NCBI GenBank assembly: GCA_048013815.1
Contig: CM106585.1
Coordinates: 12,710,001 to 12,774,000, forward strand
Origin: Setoptus koraiensis
Lineage: Eukaryota > Animalia > Arthropoda
Length of the DNA stretch: 64,000 bases
Direction of reading: 5' to 3'
Below are positions 1 through 13,895 of this stretch, one piece after another. Made by a program: the position numbers and the translations under genes. The notes beneath the pieces were generated by a model. The model was not told the DNA's origin. It saw only the letters and a list, made by a program, of their open reading frames with translations, and made no database searches. Positions within the stretch are counted from its first letter, which is position 1. Each line of letters starts with the position of its first letter.

Positions 1-420
1 GGGATTAGTGTATAATGGGTGATAAATAATAGCAGTTGGAGCAGGAGTGAAAATATTGCCATCAGACGTATACATATATCGACAACACGTGGATACCGTG
101 CGCGAGCGAGACCACCCCGCAAGAAACTCAATTAATTATACATTCACATACCCTAGGTTACCATGTCAGTGGCTCTCTCTCTCCATCTCTCTCCTGTCAA
201 ATCCACCAGCCCTGACCAGTGTCCGTCAGTCTCATTTCGATAGGCCTACAGTATCTTTTCAGCTAGATTGACGATGAGATTTCGTTGAGAGAACTAATGG
301 GAGATTTTGTCACCAGTCATCACCATCAGCGATACTGACTATTTATTTATCTTATTTGTTTATTTTCAATGTTTCATCTGAAAAACACACCAAAAAAACA
401 AATCATGCTTGGCTCGGCAG

Positions 421-2480
421 TCACTTGTTTGCTTGTCAGCATACATTCGTTAGTTGTACTATCCTATGACAGGCTCATTTCGATTGTGAAACCTTTCTGG
501 CCAAGATTCACTGTTTATAAATCTCTAGTTGCTATTATTATAATTTGGATTGTCTCTATGATAATGGGATCACCTCTAGCATACTGGCGCAGATTGCGTC
601 AGCGACAATGGAGAGACTATTTGGAGGTCTGGTGTTACGAGGGTGAGTAGAGCTTAAACACACATGACACCAGTCACAAACTGTGTCACTAGCTTCCGGT
701 ATGACTCATCATGACACAATTCTTTCATCAGACGGAACAACCGTCTGATCGTCAGGGCCTCCTTTCGCCCAAAAGAAGCCGCTCATGAACCGTTAGATCC
801 GAGAGTTTAAATCGCAATCATAGATTAGAGTGCCAAATTCAAGAATATATCCGAGAGTCTATGACCGATTGAGCTTTAATCTCTCTCTCTCACATCCGAG
901 ATGTTGACCTCAACCTTAACCTCTGACCAAATCTTTAATCTTCAGCTTATATTCAACCCGACGCTGAACTTTGACTTCTTCAATCGAAAATTGAACCCGA
1001 TCATGAGGTTGCTGCTAGCATGATAGCTCCAATCACAGCAGCAACCTTAGGATCGTTTCATCTCTATTATTTGACCTCTAATTAATCACATCTTTTGTAT
1101 AACATAACTCATTGTCTTGTATGATGAAGATGTTCAATTCACAAAGTATTATTGGCTTGTGATTACAGGTTTCCTGATATATCTGCCTATGGCCACAATG
1201 ACGATAGTATTTATTGTCATATTGGCCCAAATGGATCGATTTGAGGCCAATCTTAGAAGATCGTCTACTTGCGCTTTGCAAGGCAATAGTTCAATGAAAA
1301 TAACTTATAGACGCAAGATCATTAAAATCCTGTTCATTTATTTGTTGACCTCAATAATTTGCTGGACCCCATTCCAAGTTACTGTGTTCTACAGGCATTT
1401 CAGAAAGGATGAAATAGTAAGTTGAGTGCCGTGAGGAATAACCGAGATTAAATAGACACTGACGCGGCCTCATCACGAATTGCCTTGATACAAAAAACTT
1501 TTCTTTCTTTGAACTTTTCTACATTTATCATCTCAATGTAGCTGTCGCCTTGGTTCTTCGAGACATGCTTTTTCTCACAATTGTTTGCCTCCCTCAGTAG
1601 TGCAATGAACCCGATTATATTTGGCTTTCTCAGCGAACCATTCAGAAAGATTCTATCTAGATCAGTAATGTTTAAAATGTTCAATAAAATACGACCAAAT
1701 GAAACAAAGAATATCAATAACAACAACAACAATAATAATAATAATGATAATAACAATACTCATCCAAGGATAACAACCAACAACCGATTAGGGGCACGCG
1801 GCATCCATCAAGGAGTTGATGGCAGGGGTGATGGTAAAAAACAGAATATAAAATCATTACGACGACATACTCAGGGTAACATTAATGTTGGAAAATGTGT
1901 AGATAGAATTTCAAACGTTTCAGCCAAGATGCCAGGCAGCAAGAGCAAATTGGCCAGTCTCAACACCTTAGGATTGGTGATGCACAACAATGATAAATTA
2001 GCTCAAGCTGTAGAGCAAAGGGGAGGCGAAAAGAGGCACACGGTTCAACTGGTAGATAACCAGATAAATCAATTTGGCCGAGATTCCAATAGAGCCTCGT
2101 CCTCTAAAAACGTTGATGTAGATGACAAAAGACAATTGGCTAGAAACAAAGTCAGTCAGAAATTCATAATAATGAACAATTCCATTGATCTACCCCGTGT
2201 GGACAGTTCCTCATGTGATGATAACAAAATGATTCATGGTACAGATAACAACTCAATTATACTTGGACACTTGAATAGTAGCTTTAAAATTGATGATGAA
2301 GAACAATTTGGGATTGTACAGTTACCAACTGACTGTCTGAATTACATTTCTCATGGCCACGATAATTCATACAAGGGCGCCTCAGAGAGCATCGATGTTT
2401 CCATTGGTTTTGAATCAATTGATGTGGGTAGGAATGAGCTTACTGATGCAGCTAGTCGAGGAATCGCTAATAATTGTTGA
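421..2480 (+). CDS. Class A (rhodopsin-like) GPCR, neuropeptide-receptor type; 5' part lies upstream of the window or is unresolved. Exons 421-642, 1130-1416, 1542-2480
   Basis: Phase-compatible GT-AG junctions (CAG|421, 642|GTGAGT, AAG|1130, 1416|GTAAGT, TAG|1542) join TM3-TM7: SYDRLISIVKP (DRY-like), WCYE|D (ECL2 Cys), YRRKIIKILFIYLLTSIICWTPFQ (TM6 CWxP) and AMNPIIFGF (NPxxY-like). A long Asn-rich C-tail follows. Confidence 0.9.
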
Positions 2481-2822
2481 CCTTAATCCTTATGAGACCA
2501 CCTCGCTATGAATAAATATAATGGTTCAGTGTGTATAAGCATGTACACAATGTGTCAACATAGTTGTCTATCTTTGAATGTAGAACCGAATTGAATGGTG
2601 CAAAAATCACTTAACTTGAATATTCTTTCAAACGTTTGAGTATTAATTTAAAAATGTGGACTACCATCAAATTGATCTGTTGCTGTAATACTCATTCCTA
2701 GGGTAAATTTGTGTTAAATTTGATGCGATTTTTTCCCGGCTACTTCCATATAAGGCTATCCGAAAAATAGCTTCTTTCAAAGGTACATGAATGCCATCAC
2801 TCAACTATTTGTAGAGCGGCCA
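1100..2822 (+). repeat. Segmental direct repeat, copy A (GPCR 3' half, its 3'UTR and a remnant of the SOSS-B 3' end)
   Basis: Aligns by eye to 5874-7258 from TAACATAACTCATTGTCTTGTA to GTAGAGCGGCCA. Confidence 0.95.
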
Positions 2823-2993
2823 TCGCTCTTCTTGAAATGCTCTTTATATATTGAAACAATTGAATTTATAAAGCTCGATATCTTCTCGTCATCACAACAC
2901 GAATCATCGGCAAACTTCAACAAATTTATATCTACATTTTTTGGAAAAATACTTGGAATTATTCAATTGAAACTATTTTTTCACTATTGATCA

Positions 2994-5825
2994 ATGGCTA
3001 GTCGCATCTTATTGGTCTTGTCGGCCTTTTTGGCCCTTCTAGCCATCAAGGCAGTCCAAACACTCCCGTGTGGCAAGGACTCTTCAAAAGTCACCATTTC
3101 TGATGGTCAGGGGACCATTACCATGGACCAAATTCAACCAAATGCAAACTGCTCATGGTCTTGGTCATCCGAAAACGCAAGCCTCATTATGTATCTACGG
3201 TCCACAAAATTGGCCTTGAACGACTATTTTTCAGTCATTGACAATGAATTTCCTGGTAGGTCCATGAAGTTCAATTCGGGCATATCGGGATTGGTAGCGA
3301 TACCCAAAGGGAACTGGACCATACTTGTTGGCACGGATTCGACCATTCAAGACCGCCACATGGAGATTGCCTTCTTTGAAGGTCACAAGACGATATATTT
3401 GTCCATCGAAGAGACAAGAAATTTGTCAATTAATAGCCAATATGGCGTTAGATTCTACATCGAAATTAGGGAACACCCAGAAAGAACATTGCTGATAATG
3501 AATGACGATTCGCCGGTCACTTCGTTGCGCAGAGTTGATTCACCAAGTGAATTCGGTATTTTGGGTAAAATTAACAGCTACACATTGTCCAACACTTCAG
3601 CTCCAATCAGAATCGAAATTGACGAGCAGGAGTTCTCAAAGTCAGAGGGTTTCACGATTCAAGCCGTACCAGTTCGATCTGACTGCTCGTCATTCGAATG
3701 GGAGCCAATCCATTTTCCATTTTTCCTATCACCCAACATTACGAATCCGTACATTTGTGCAAAATTAATTGGCTCAAAGCACGACAATTATAAGAAGGTG
3801 TATTTTGATCATTTCAAGGGTCTAACAAATCAGGAGGAGAGACTATCCTTCATAACCGACGACGGTAATACATTAATAGTCAACAGGTCAGTAGCCGCTG
3901 ACTACGAGAATAAAATATTAATTTTCCAAACAAGGGGTCTTGTTATTCTGTATGAATCGCCGAATGTCATAGAATCTGAGGCCACAAGACTGGATAACTG
4001 GATCGAAATAAGTTCTGTACATGGATTTCGCAAGAAAAATAATTTCATAATTATTGAACCTAAACAGCAGGAAAAAGCAAAATCTCCTACTTACTGTAGC
4101 AAAGTCGAAATAACACCTCTTGTTGATAACCGAGGAACTCTTTCCATCTCTCCGAATTTAGGATCGTATTCTTATTGCCAATGGTCTTGGTCTTCTACCA
4201 ATGCAAGCCTCATCCTACATATACGGTCAGCTCAACTAGACGACGGCGACATATTGAAGATTTTTGATGGAAGATATTCTTTAGACAGAAAAAATATGAT
4301 TGTTAATCTGCGTAAACCTGGGGGATTGATAGCTCTAAACGAAGGTACCTGGTTTATAACTCTTACCACTAGTGACAAACGACGAATTCGCCAACTTGAT
4401 ATTGACTATTTTGTGGGTGCAAAACAAATAGATTTATCCGTCGATCAAGTGAGAAAATTGGAGATCAACAATCATTTCGGCGTGACTTTCGATATCAATA
4501 TCATGGCACATTCAGAGGAAACATTGCTGCGATTGAGTTCGGACAAAGCAAAGGTTACCACACCGACAAGAGCTTCGGTAAATGGATATACGCTATCATA
4601 TGCCGCAACTCCAATCAAGGTGACACTAGAAAAGAACATAGACGGTGGCATTGAATTTTTAGAAAAATATCGTTACGAAAGAGAATCAGATCTTACAATT
4701 CAAGCCTGGCGTGTTCTAGAAAAATGCTCTTCATACACTCTTGATCCAAATAACACTAAATTCATTCTGCCCACAATGAAATATAGATGGTACCCATACA
4801 ACTGTGTACAAATATTCGCTTCATCTACACCAGAAGGATATATTGAGGTGGATTTCAAACAATTCAAGAATTTTACTGACCAAGAAGACACACTTTCGTT
4901 TATACCCAGCGACAACACTACTTTAACAGTCGGTAGACAACTGAGCCCTCTATATAAGAACACAATAAAAAGCTTCATGGGTAACAGTCTCGTTATTCTC
5001 TACGAATCTTCAACCATCATAGGACCGGAAAAAAATCTGATCGATAACGGACTCATAATAAATGTCAGATCAGTTGCTCAGACAGGAATCATCAAAAGAC
5101 CGAAGGATTTGGTGAAAGAAAAATTCGTCAAATATATCTTTAAAGGTCAGCCTTACGCGTCAATTATACTGAGGGATCCGCTGCCACCAAAGGTGTCAAT
5201 GCATGTATTCGATACCTCAATCGATCCCTATGTTCCTCTCATTACTTTCGAGGAGAACGAGGCGCTTCCACCACTCATCTCTATTGCGAAGGGCCAGACA
5301 ATGGAGATAAGATTTAACGACTCGAGCGATGGTAGTGCCTTGAAAAATTTGCCTGCCTACGAATACCAAATACAAAATAGTTCTTGCAGCTACTTATCCT
5401 ATGGAAATAACGACTTCTTTGCCATGTTAGACATGAAAGAAGAACAATCCGTCTGGCTCATAGCGACCAAAGGGCAACAGAATAGATCCACGGTTCTGTC
5501 CTTGGACTACTTTAACTTTGAGAACGATAAAGATTGCATTAGAGTGTACAAGCTCGGTTCGAAGCGAACTGAGATGGCTGGTTTCTGCGGCAAACGCCCC
5601 CACAGATTCCCCATGAGACTCTTGTTGGAAAAGAATCTCAAATACTACGTCGAAGTGGTTCGAGATATTAAAACACCGTCGTTGCAATTTTATGGGGCTT
5701 ACTATCCTGTTATGCCGGACTACATTGTACCTCCCTTTGAATGCCCACAGTGGGATCCAAAAGATCATAGGCATACAGAATTGCGCAAAAAGCAAGATCC
5801 ATTTATTTGGGGAATGTTGGGGTAG
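2994..5825 (+). CDS. Intronless secreted 943-aa protein with two ~320-aa internal tandem repeats and a C-terminal CUB-like domain
   Basis: Uninterrupted ORF with signal peptide MASRILLVLSAFLALLAIKAVQT. Paired motifs: CSWSWSSENASL/CQWSWSSTNASL, TIQAVPVRSDCSS/TIQAWRVLEKCSS and LVILYES twice. The C-terminal LDYFNFE..DCIRVY..AGFCG resembles CUB. TATAAAG lies near 2867. The CUB assignment rests on motif resemblance only. Confidence 0.8.
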   Translation: MASRILLVLSAFLALLAIKAVQTLPCGKDSSKVTISDGQGTITMDQIQPNANCSWSWSSENASLIMYLRSTKLALNDYFSVIDNEFPGRSMKFNSGISGLVAIPKGNWTILVGTDSTIQDRHMEIAFFEGHKTIYLSIEETRNLSINSQYGVRFYIEIREHPERTLLIMNDDSPVTSLRRVDSPSEFGILGKINSYTLSNTSAPIRIEIDEQEFSKSEGFTIQAVPVRSDCSSFEWEPIHFPFFLSPNITNPYICAKLIGSKHDNYKKVYFDHFKGLTNQEERLSFITDDGNTLIVNRSVAADYENKILIFQTRGLVILYESPNVIESEATRLDNWIEISSVHGFRKKNNFIIIEPKQQEKAKSPTYCSKVEITPLVDNRGTLSISPNLGSYSYCQWSWSSTNASLILHIRSAQLDDGDILKIFDGRYSLDRKNMIVNLRKPGGLIALNEGTWFITLTTSDKRRIRQLDIDYFVGAKQIDLSVDQVRKLEINNHFGVTFDINIMAHSEETLLRLSSDKAKVTTPTRASVNGYTLSYAATPIKVTLEKNIDGGIEFLEKYRYERESDLTIQAWRVLEKCSSYTLDPNNTKFILPTMKYRWYPYNCVQIFASSTPEGYIEVDFKQFKNFTDQEDTLSFIPSDNTTLTVGRQLSPLYKNTIKSFMGNSLVILYESSTIIGPEKNLIDNGLIINVRSVAQTGIIKRPKDLVKEKFVKYIFKGQPYASIILRDPLPPKVSMHVFDTSIDPYVPLITFEENEALPPLISIAKGQTMEIRFNDSSDGSALKNLPAYEYQIQNSSCSYLSYGNNDFFAMLDMKEEQSVWLIATKGQQNRSTVLSLDYFNFENDKDCIRVYKLGSKRTEMAGFCGKRPHRFPMRLLLEKNLKYYVEVVRDIKTPSLQFYGAYYPVMPDYIVPPFECPQWDPKDHRHTELRKKQDPFIWGMLG

Positions 5826-5873
5826 AACGAGAATGGGACGGATTGGGAATAGCTAATAACGCTATTGTGATAC

Positions 5874-7767
<1,894 letters not shown>

Positions 7768-9657
7768 CTATTTTCACTTTATTCTTTTGCGGTAAAATCG
7801 AATCGATTTTTTATTATTCCGAATGTCCAATTTTGTCGAACTTTCCGGATATCCATGAATAATTAATGGTCTACTTTATCGATTAAATATCTTGTCGAGA
7901 GCCTCTATTAAGGATTTTTCTCTAATGAAGCCTCAGAATTTGATTCAAGAAAACTGTTTTGGTTCTCATATACACAGCTGATGAGATTGTGTGTGTTCTC
8001 GTGCGCAACGCAGATCATGGTGCTTTCTGTGCGTTCGAATGCGCGACGAAACACCGAGACGCTTGCAAGTCGCAAGAAATCAGCATTAGCCAGATATATA
8101 ACGGACATTTTGACGCATATTGTGTTTTCGTCAATCGGACAGATTATAATCGAATCAACTCATCTTTTTCACTAGCTGTTTGATTGGCTGTCGTTGTTTT
8201 CAAGAATGAGCGACAGCCAGAATTAATCTAGACGAGCGATTGTTAATTTGCCATTGCCAAGTGAGCCTGGCCACGTCCAGCTGAACAAAAAGCATCTCGG
8301 CATACGCAATCACATATTAAAAGTTGCCGGTCGTCGCTTTTTCTTTTGCATTCGCTCGATTAGCTAACAGGAGGCTCTCTCCTCCGATCACATTTGAACA
8401 AAATCACAAACGGCGCTGTGTTTGTTGAAAGCGCTAACAGCTTTGATCTGTTGATTACAACTTTTACTCGCAAAGAGGTTACAAGTAAAAGGTTTTGCGT
8501 TTTCGTTCACAGAAAACAATCGAACCGTTGTGAGAATCGATCATAGTAGAACTCTCAGTTATGACATATGTCAACATTTTGCGCTGGATTGCCCCGAAGC
8601 GATCCAGCGCTAGCACATGCCATGTTGTGAGGATCCTTCAGGCCTCAAGATATGTCCGCTTAGACGGCTGGCTTATCCGGTCCGAATCTGCAGATCATTG
8701 GCCGTGTGTTTGTTTGCATAATAGGGCATGCAATATATTTGGGAAGAACAGCAATAAACTTATCCGGTGTGGGATCTGCGCGATAGACAGCATGTTACAT
8801 ATTATATTGAGCTGGTGTGATCGTACGACACAATCGTCATATGAGATTTCCGTCATTGCTGCCGACATTTGTCACACACACACAATTACAACAGTATTGC
8901 AATAGTCGCTGGCACTCATGACTCACCATAAATACAGTCTTTTCTGTATGTAGTGTAGTGATGATGATCTTATCCGCGATACTGCTGTGATACTACCGCT
9001 GTGAAATAGATGCACATGTTGATTACGGTTGACAGCGCAGAGACATTTTGTAAGAAATACCGACATTTCTGCTCTCCAATATGCTAGTATGAGAATGCGT
9101 CCGTATGCTAGTCCGTATGCATGCGCCGGTGCATATGACGGCACTGGTATGACGGTTCTGTGGCATTGTGCAGTTTGTGCAGTTTGCGGGTAAACGAACT
9201 CGACGAACCAGCCAACCAACCAACTCGACGAGCCCGCCGACCAACGAACGCCGGGCCAGCGTAGGCGCCAGATTCGAAGCGAGCGCCAATTGGCGAAATT
9301 CGGCGAATTCTCTCTCGGCGGATTATCTCTGGCCCAGAGACTGCGGCTTGTTCTTGCAAATTGCAGCCAGCCGAGTTGACCGACAGCACAGTTGTGGGCC
9401 AGGCACACGTGCCCACCAGGCCAGTGCTAACGTAAACTAAATGTAAACACTAACACAGTGCCGAGTTAGCATCAAATGAGACAGAACACGTCGGTGCGAT
9501 GACACCTGTAAGCCGGCCGGCCGACGGCTCATTATGAGCCGCAGAGGCACCATCGGAATGCGCACGGTGTGTTTGTTTAGAGATGCGACGCGCGTTACAG
9601 GGCCCCGAGCAGCACCGCCATGCGCGTTGTGCGCCAGTGTTGGCTCGTATCATCGAC

Positions 9658-9704
9658 ACGAGTCGTCATACCGTGTACGAGTCGTCATACCGTGTACGAG
9701 TCGT
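9658..9704. repeat. 19-bp tandem repeat ACGAGTCGTCATACCGTGT, about 2.5 copies
   Basis: Perfect copies at 9658 and 9677, partial copy at 9696. Confidence 0.9.
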
Positions 9705-10649
9705 ATGGGATCTGCCATGTACTACAGGCTGGGCCCAGCACTGGCCCAGTATTACTGGGCGTAGTGGGCAGCAATTAGGCATCAATTAGGCAAACTTTTG
9801 ACAAGTCTATCTATCATTTGGATCGCGTCGTCGCTAGTGCGCTACAATTCCGCCAGCTTGTGCAACAGCGTGTAACAGCAGCGCAACAACAGCACGGCCG
9901 TGTGCCAGCAAACATCGCAATACTTGTATCATCATCATCATGGCTGTAATATACGTTTATCAACAAGACAAATTTGACGATTGTTCACTACTGGCGCAGT
10001 AGTTTGCTGCGCCGCCGCGACAGATATCCGCGACAACACACACGCAGTACGCAGATCGAATGACACACAATCACTATAGGGAAACAATCATAATCGGCCT
10101 TCATTTAGCGAAATCTGTTGCTGCCTTCAACGATGCTACTGTTGTCGCTAGTTGTCGGCTATAAATACTTGGCAGCACTGTATTGCCGATACAGCAATGG
10201 GGCTTGTTACGAGCCGCATATGCACAAACAGATACATGTGAATATAAGCGCTTATGAGAGCGCTCGTCATGTTTTCAATAAAACATTATCTCATGATGAT
10301 CACCATCGGCCGCCGTCTGCAGTATGGTTTTGATTCTCACGAAATGCGACTTTATCGTGAACGTGCTCACATCTTATATCTGTACTGTAAATTTGGTTCC
10401 ATTTTATGGGTGTTGTTTGTGTGCCCGCGATCGACACATGTTGTCGATCTACATACATGCCTATATTACTATCACTATATTGCCAATATGTGTACATGTA
10501 TCGGTGTTTGCCTACGCAGTACAATCATTGTACTACAAATTGTAGTCTACAATGGACACGGCGCAAGTAATGATGCCACACACTGATAGCATCATCAGGC
10601 CTCACGATTGTCAGATGCCGGGCCCGTGCAACCTGGCTCCTGGCGACTT

Positions 10650-10741
10650 GTTCCTGCGGCCGCCCCTGCACCGTTCCTGCGGCCGACTGTGCACCGTTCC
10701 TGCGCCGAACTCTCAGCCGTTCCTGCGGCGAATTTGTCACT
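10650..10741. repeat. Degenerate 23-bp-period minisatellite with invariant core GTTCCTGCG, 4 copies
   Basis: The core starts at 10650, 10673, 10696 and 10719. Confidence 0.85.
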
Positions 10742-12117
10742 GTCGTGGTGGGGTCAGTTGTGACTCCGACAAAGCGAGCCAGTGATCGCCCTCACAAATT
10801 GTTTGCTGGCCTCTCAATTGGGAGTCACAATTGTTAATCAAGCCGGCAACATACTGACGTTGTTGCCGCCCGGCGAGCGCACAAACACACAAACCGGGCC
10901 CGCCACCTGGCAGTGCCCGGTATGGGGCAGGGCGGCTTTAAAAACTTTAAATTACCCACGGCGGCCCGAAAGATGCGCTCGGCCCGACAGGGAGGGGGCC
11001 GCCACCGCGGCCCACATTACTTGTCAGTAATGATTACTGGATTCGGGCGGGTTTGTTTGCGCAATGCGCATCGATGGGCGATCGCGGCCAGTGCGTGCTG
11101 TTTGCTGCGGGGCTCACTCGCCACAATGGTGAAATATTGTGGCGCACGCGGTAAATAACGAGCAACTGCGTCGTCGTCGTCGTCCGCGTTGTGTGTGCCC
11201 GTCGCACGTTGTTTGCAGACGATCGCTGGTGGCGCCCAATGACGAACACGGCGGCCATTGTGACGCGGGGCGCGCTCATTTGCGATCCGATCGTTTGTGT
11301 GTGTGTGTGCGTGCGTGCACCAGCACTGGTGACGAGCGCACTGCGCACACACACTCACTCATTGCCAATGAGTCATTGGCGCATCCAAAACCGAGTCACA
11401 CGCACACACACACACACACTGTATCTTCGCTAGTCTCCGAACAACAAGAAAGTTGGAGCGGGGAAAGAAAACAGGAGGCAACTGCTGTTTGGATGAACAT
11501 TCCCTTCGTGCCTGCCCCCTGCATCGTCGTTTCCTCTTCCCCTTTTGCCCCTCTCTCGCTCTCGCCTGCAATTGTTAGAGCTAGTGTTTGTATGCTCCAA
11601 TAGTGTGTGTGTGCCCCAATGATAATTCGCATCCATTTTCATCATCTGCAATATATCGTTGCTACTTTTCGTGTTGAATCATCCCGGCCGAGGACCATAC
11701 AATGACATTATCCGCCGCTTATTGCCCATGAGAGACCCTATTAATTAGAATCAACTGCTCACGAACAACGGCCACATCGAATCAAGCGCCCAAAAACAAT
11801 CAAATAACGAGAATCGCTCGCTAGATGCAACAGTATAAACAACAAAACAAATCGGACATTCGAATACAAAGCCCGCCAGCAGCAGCAACAAGACCGTACA
11901 ACAAGACGACGACGAGACTGCCCTTTGCACGAACAAAAACAATAACTGCGACGACAACTTGACAGTGAACGCCAAAGTTCAATTATTATTGCAAGATCAT
12001 TATCATCTCAACACAAAACTTGTGCTGTTTAGTTTCATTGGACAACGCCAGTGTATCATTGATCAACCACCAGCGAGACAAAAGTGTCAAATAGCCACAG
12101 TTGCTAGATAATCGATA

Positions 12118-12126
12118 ATGGTGAGT
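12118..12126 (+). other. Putative splice donor (ATG|GTGAGT) of an upstream exon of the VAT-1-like gene
   Basis: Consensus donor at 12121. A matching acceptor TTTAACAG|13863 would give in-frame M|LSLKTIKNHIK-MGDV. Inferred only. Confidence 0.45.
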
Positions 12127-13895
12127 ACAAGCAACAATTATTACCAGTATCTTGACATAATAATTTTATTTTATATTAATTGACTACAACCGGAGACAAA
12201 AGTGGAGACTAGATGCGCGCTACACGCTAATTGTTCTTGTTGTTGTTGTCGTCGTCGTCTCAAATAACTCGCCAGTGTAGTAAGTGCCAGTTAAACTGTT
12301 TACAGTTCTGCTATCATTCAGTCAATATTAGCTATGTGAATGAAATGTCAACTCCAGTTACACTCACTAGCCAGTTGTTAAAATGTCACAGCATGTTTGT
12401 CATATAACTAACATACACACACACTGTGAGGGACAGAGAAATAAACCGTGTTTGTCTCGTTTCACTCTCATTGTGATTCATCGGGCCAGTCTAGATTTGC
12501 CATATATCATGAATACGTATGCATACAGAAGCGAGTGAACACACTCAAAAAAACATTTATGTTTTCATCACTATATGATGAGGGGCTATCTGGTTGCCGC
12601 TGACAGGCTTGCTCCACGAGACAGACTCCACAAGAGAAACCATTTTACATGAAAAAATATCATTGTTGGCATGACGCGCGTTTGATTCACTACGACATGG
12701 GCATCTCAGATTCGCGATAAACAACTCTAGTACTAATACGTTAGATAAACACATCACCATAGTGAATCTATCTTTACGAGTTTATTGTTATTACACAATA
12801 AGATGAAAAAACTCGTGGTCTCTCTATTCCCGAGCCGCTCCCACGCCACAGCCTAGAGGTGATCGTCTAAACTTAACAATGGCCATGGTGTAGTAGATCT
12901 GTAGCAAGATCAATTTGTCTGAATTTGTGTCAATGCTATTGTGTGTCTGTATAAACTTATGGAGATGATGATAGCGGCGTTTCCATCGTGATAAATCGCT
13001 CTGTTGTAAGAGACTAGTAAATTTATCGCCTTAGAGCCCGGACAACGGTGTTGGTGGTTTACTAGACTAACCAAGTCCTTCTTTTTGACAAGCGCCATCT
13101 TGTGGTCTCATAATACCAAGCTAGCTTTACTAATGTGTCACTGGCTCAAGGGTGGGTGGTTAACCTAATAGCATGCGTTAGCGTTGAGCGAGTGCTTCTG
13201 CTTCGACTATATACATATGTATTATAGCTGCTAAATATAATCGAAGTGAGTTCTATATCTGCCGATGTTGTCGCCGTCGTAATCAATTTACTTCTCGATT
13301 GTTGAACATTCGGTAATATATATATATATATATATGTATACGTAACTCACACTGAGGAATCATCATCGAGTTGACGTGCTAAACCAGTGATAGGCAGACA
13401 AAACACAAAATAGAACAGAATAGATAAAAATAAAACTAAATAGAGGCAATAGGGCACTTACAACTTTGTTAGACCAAGAAAGATTTCATAGACTACACAG
13501 AGTACATTGTCAGATAGACAGTCGAAAGTACGTTTATTGGAACATCAACTCATAATAAGTGTTGCACATGGTGGGCGATTACATTCGTATGTTGACTTAC
13601 ACATTGTGCCACTCACTCCCAGATCATCAGTTCTCTGACTCTCGCTGTTGTGTCAACATCAGACTATAATTTACATCAACATTCGTAGAGAATTTCTTTA
13701 TTATCATAATCCATCTAAATTAGTTTATTCATCACACACAAACACACAACAACACAATCAAGCAATTCGATCCCAACTGCTCCTCATTCTTATCAACAAA
13801 TAACTTTTAAAACCATTTGAAGCACCAATTTAATCTTTATCACTCTAATTCAATTTTAACAGTTATCATTAAAAACAATCAAGAATCACATCAAA

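Noticed and set aside
2823-5873. Insert interpreted as a transposon or retrocopy
   Set aside because: There are no terminal inverted repeats, LTRs, poly(A) tract, short TSD or mobility ORF, and the insert carries an apparent TATA box.
10650-10741. Repeat-spacer pattern resembling a mini CRISPR array
   Set aside because: The context is eukaryotic, the core is only 9 bp, the 14-nt spacers are related to each other, and there are no cas genes.
8561-11975. Many overlapping 60-160 aa ORFs
   Set aside because: The sequence is GC- and microsatellite-rich, which lowers stop frequency on both strands. There are no recognisable motifs and no consistent exon chain.
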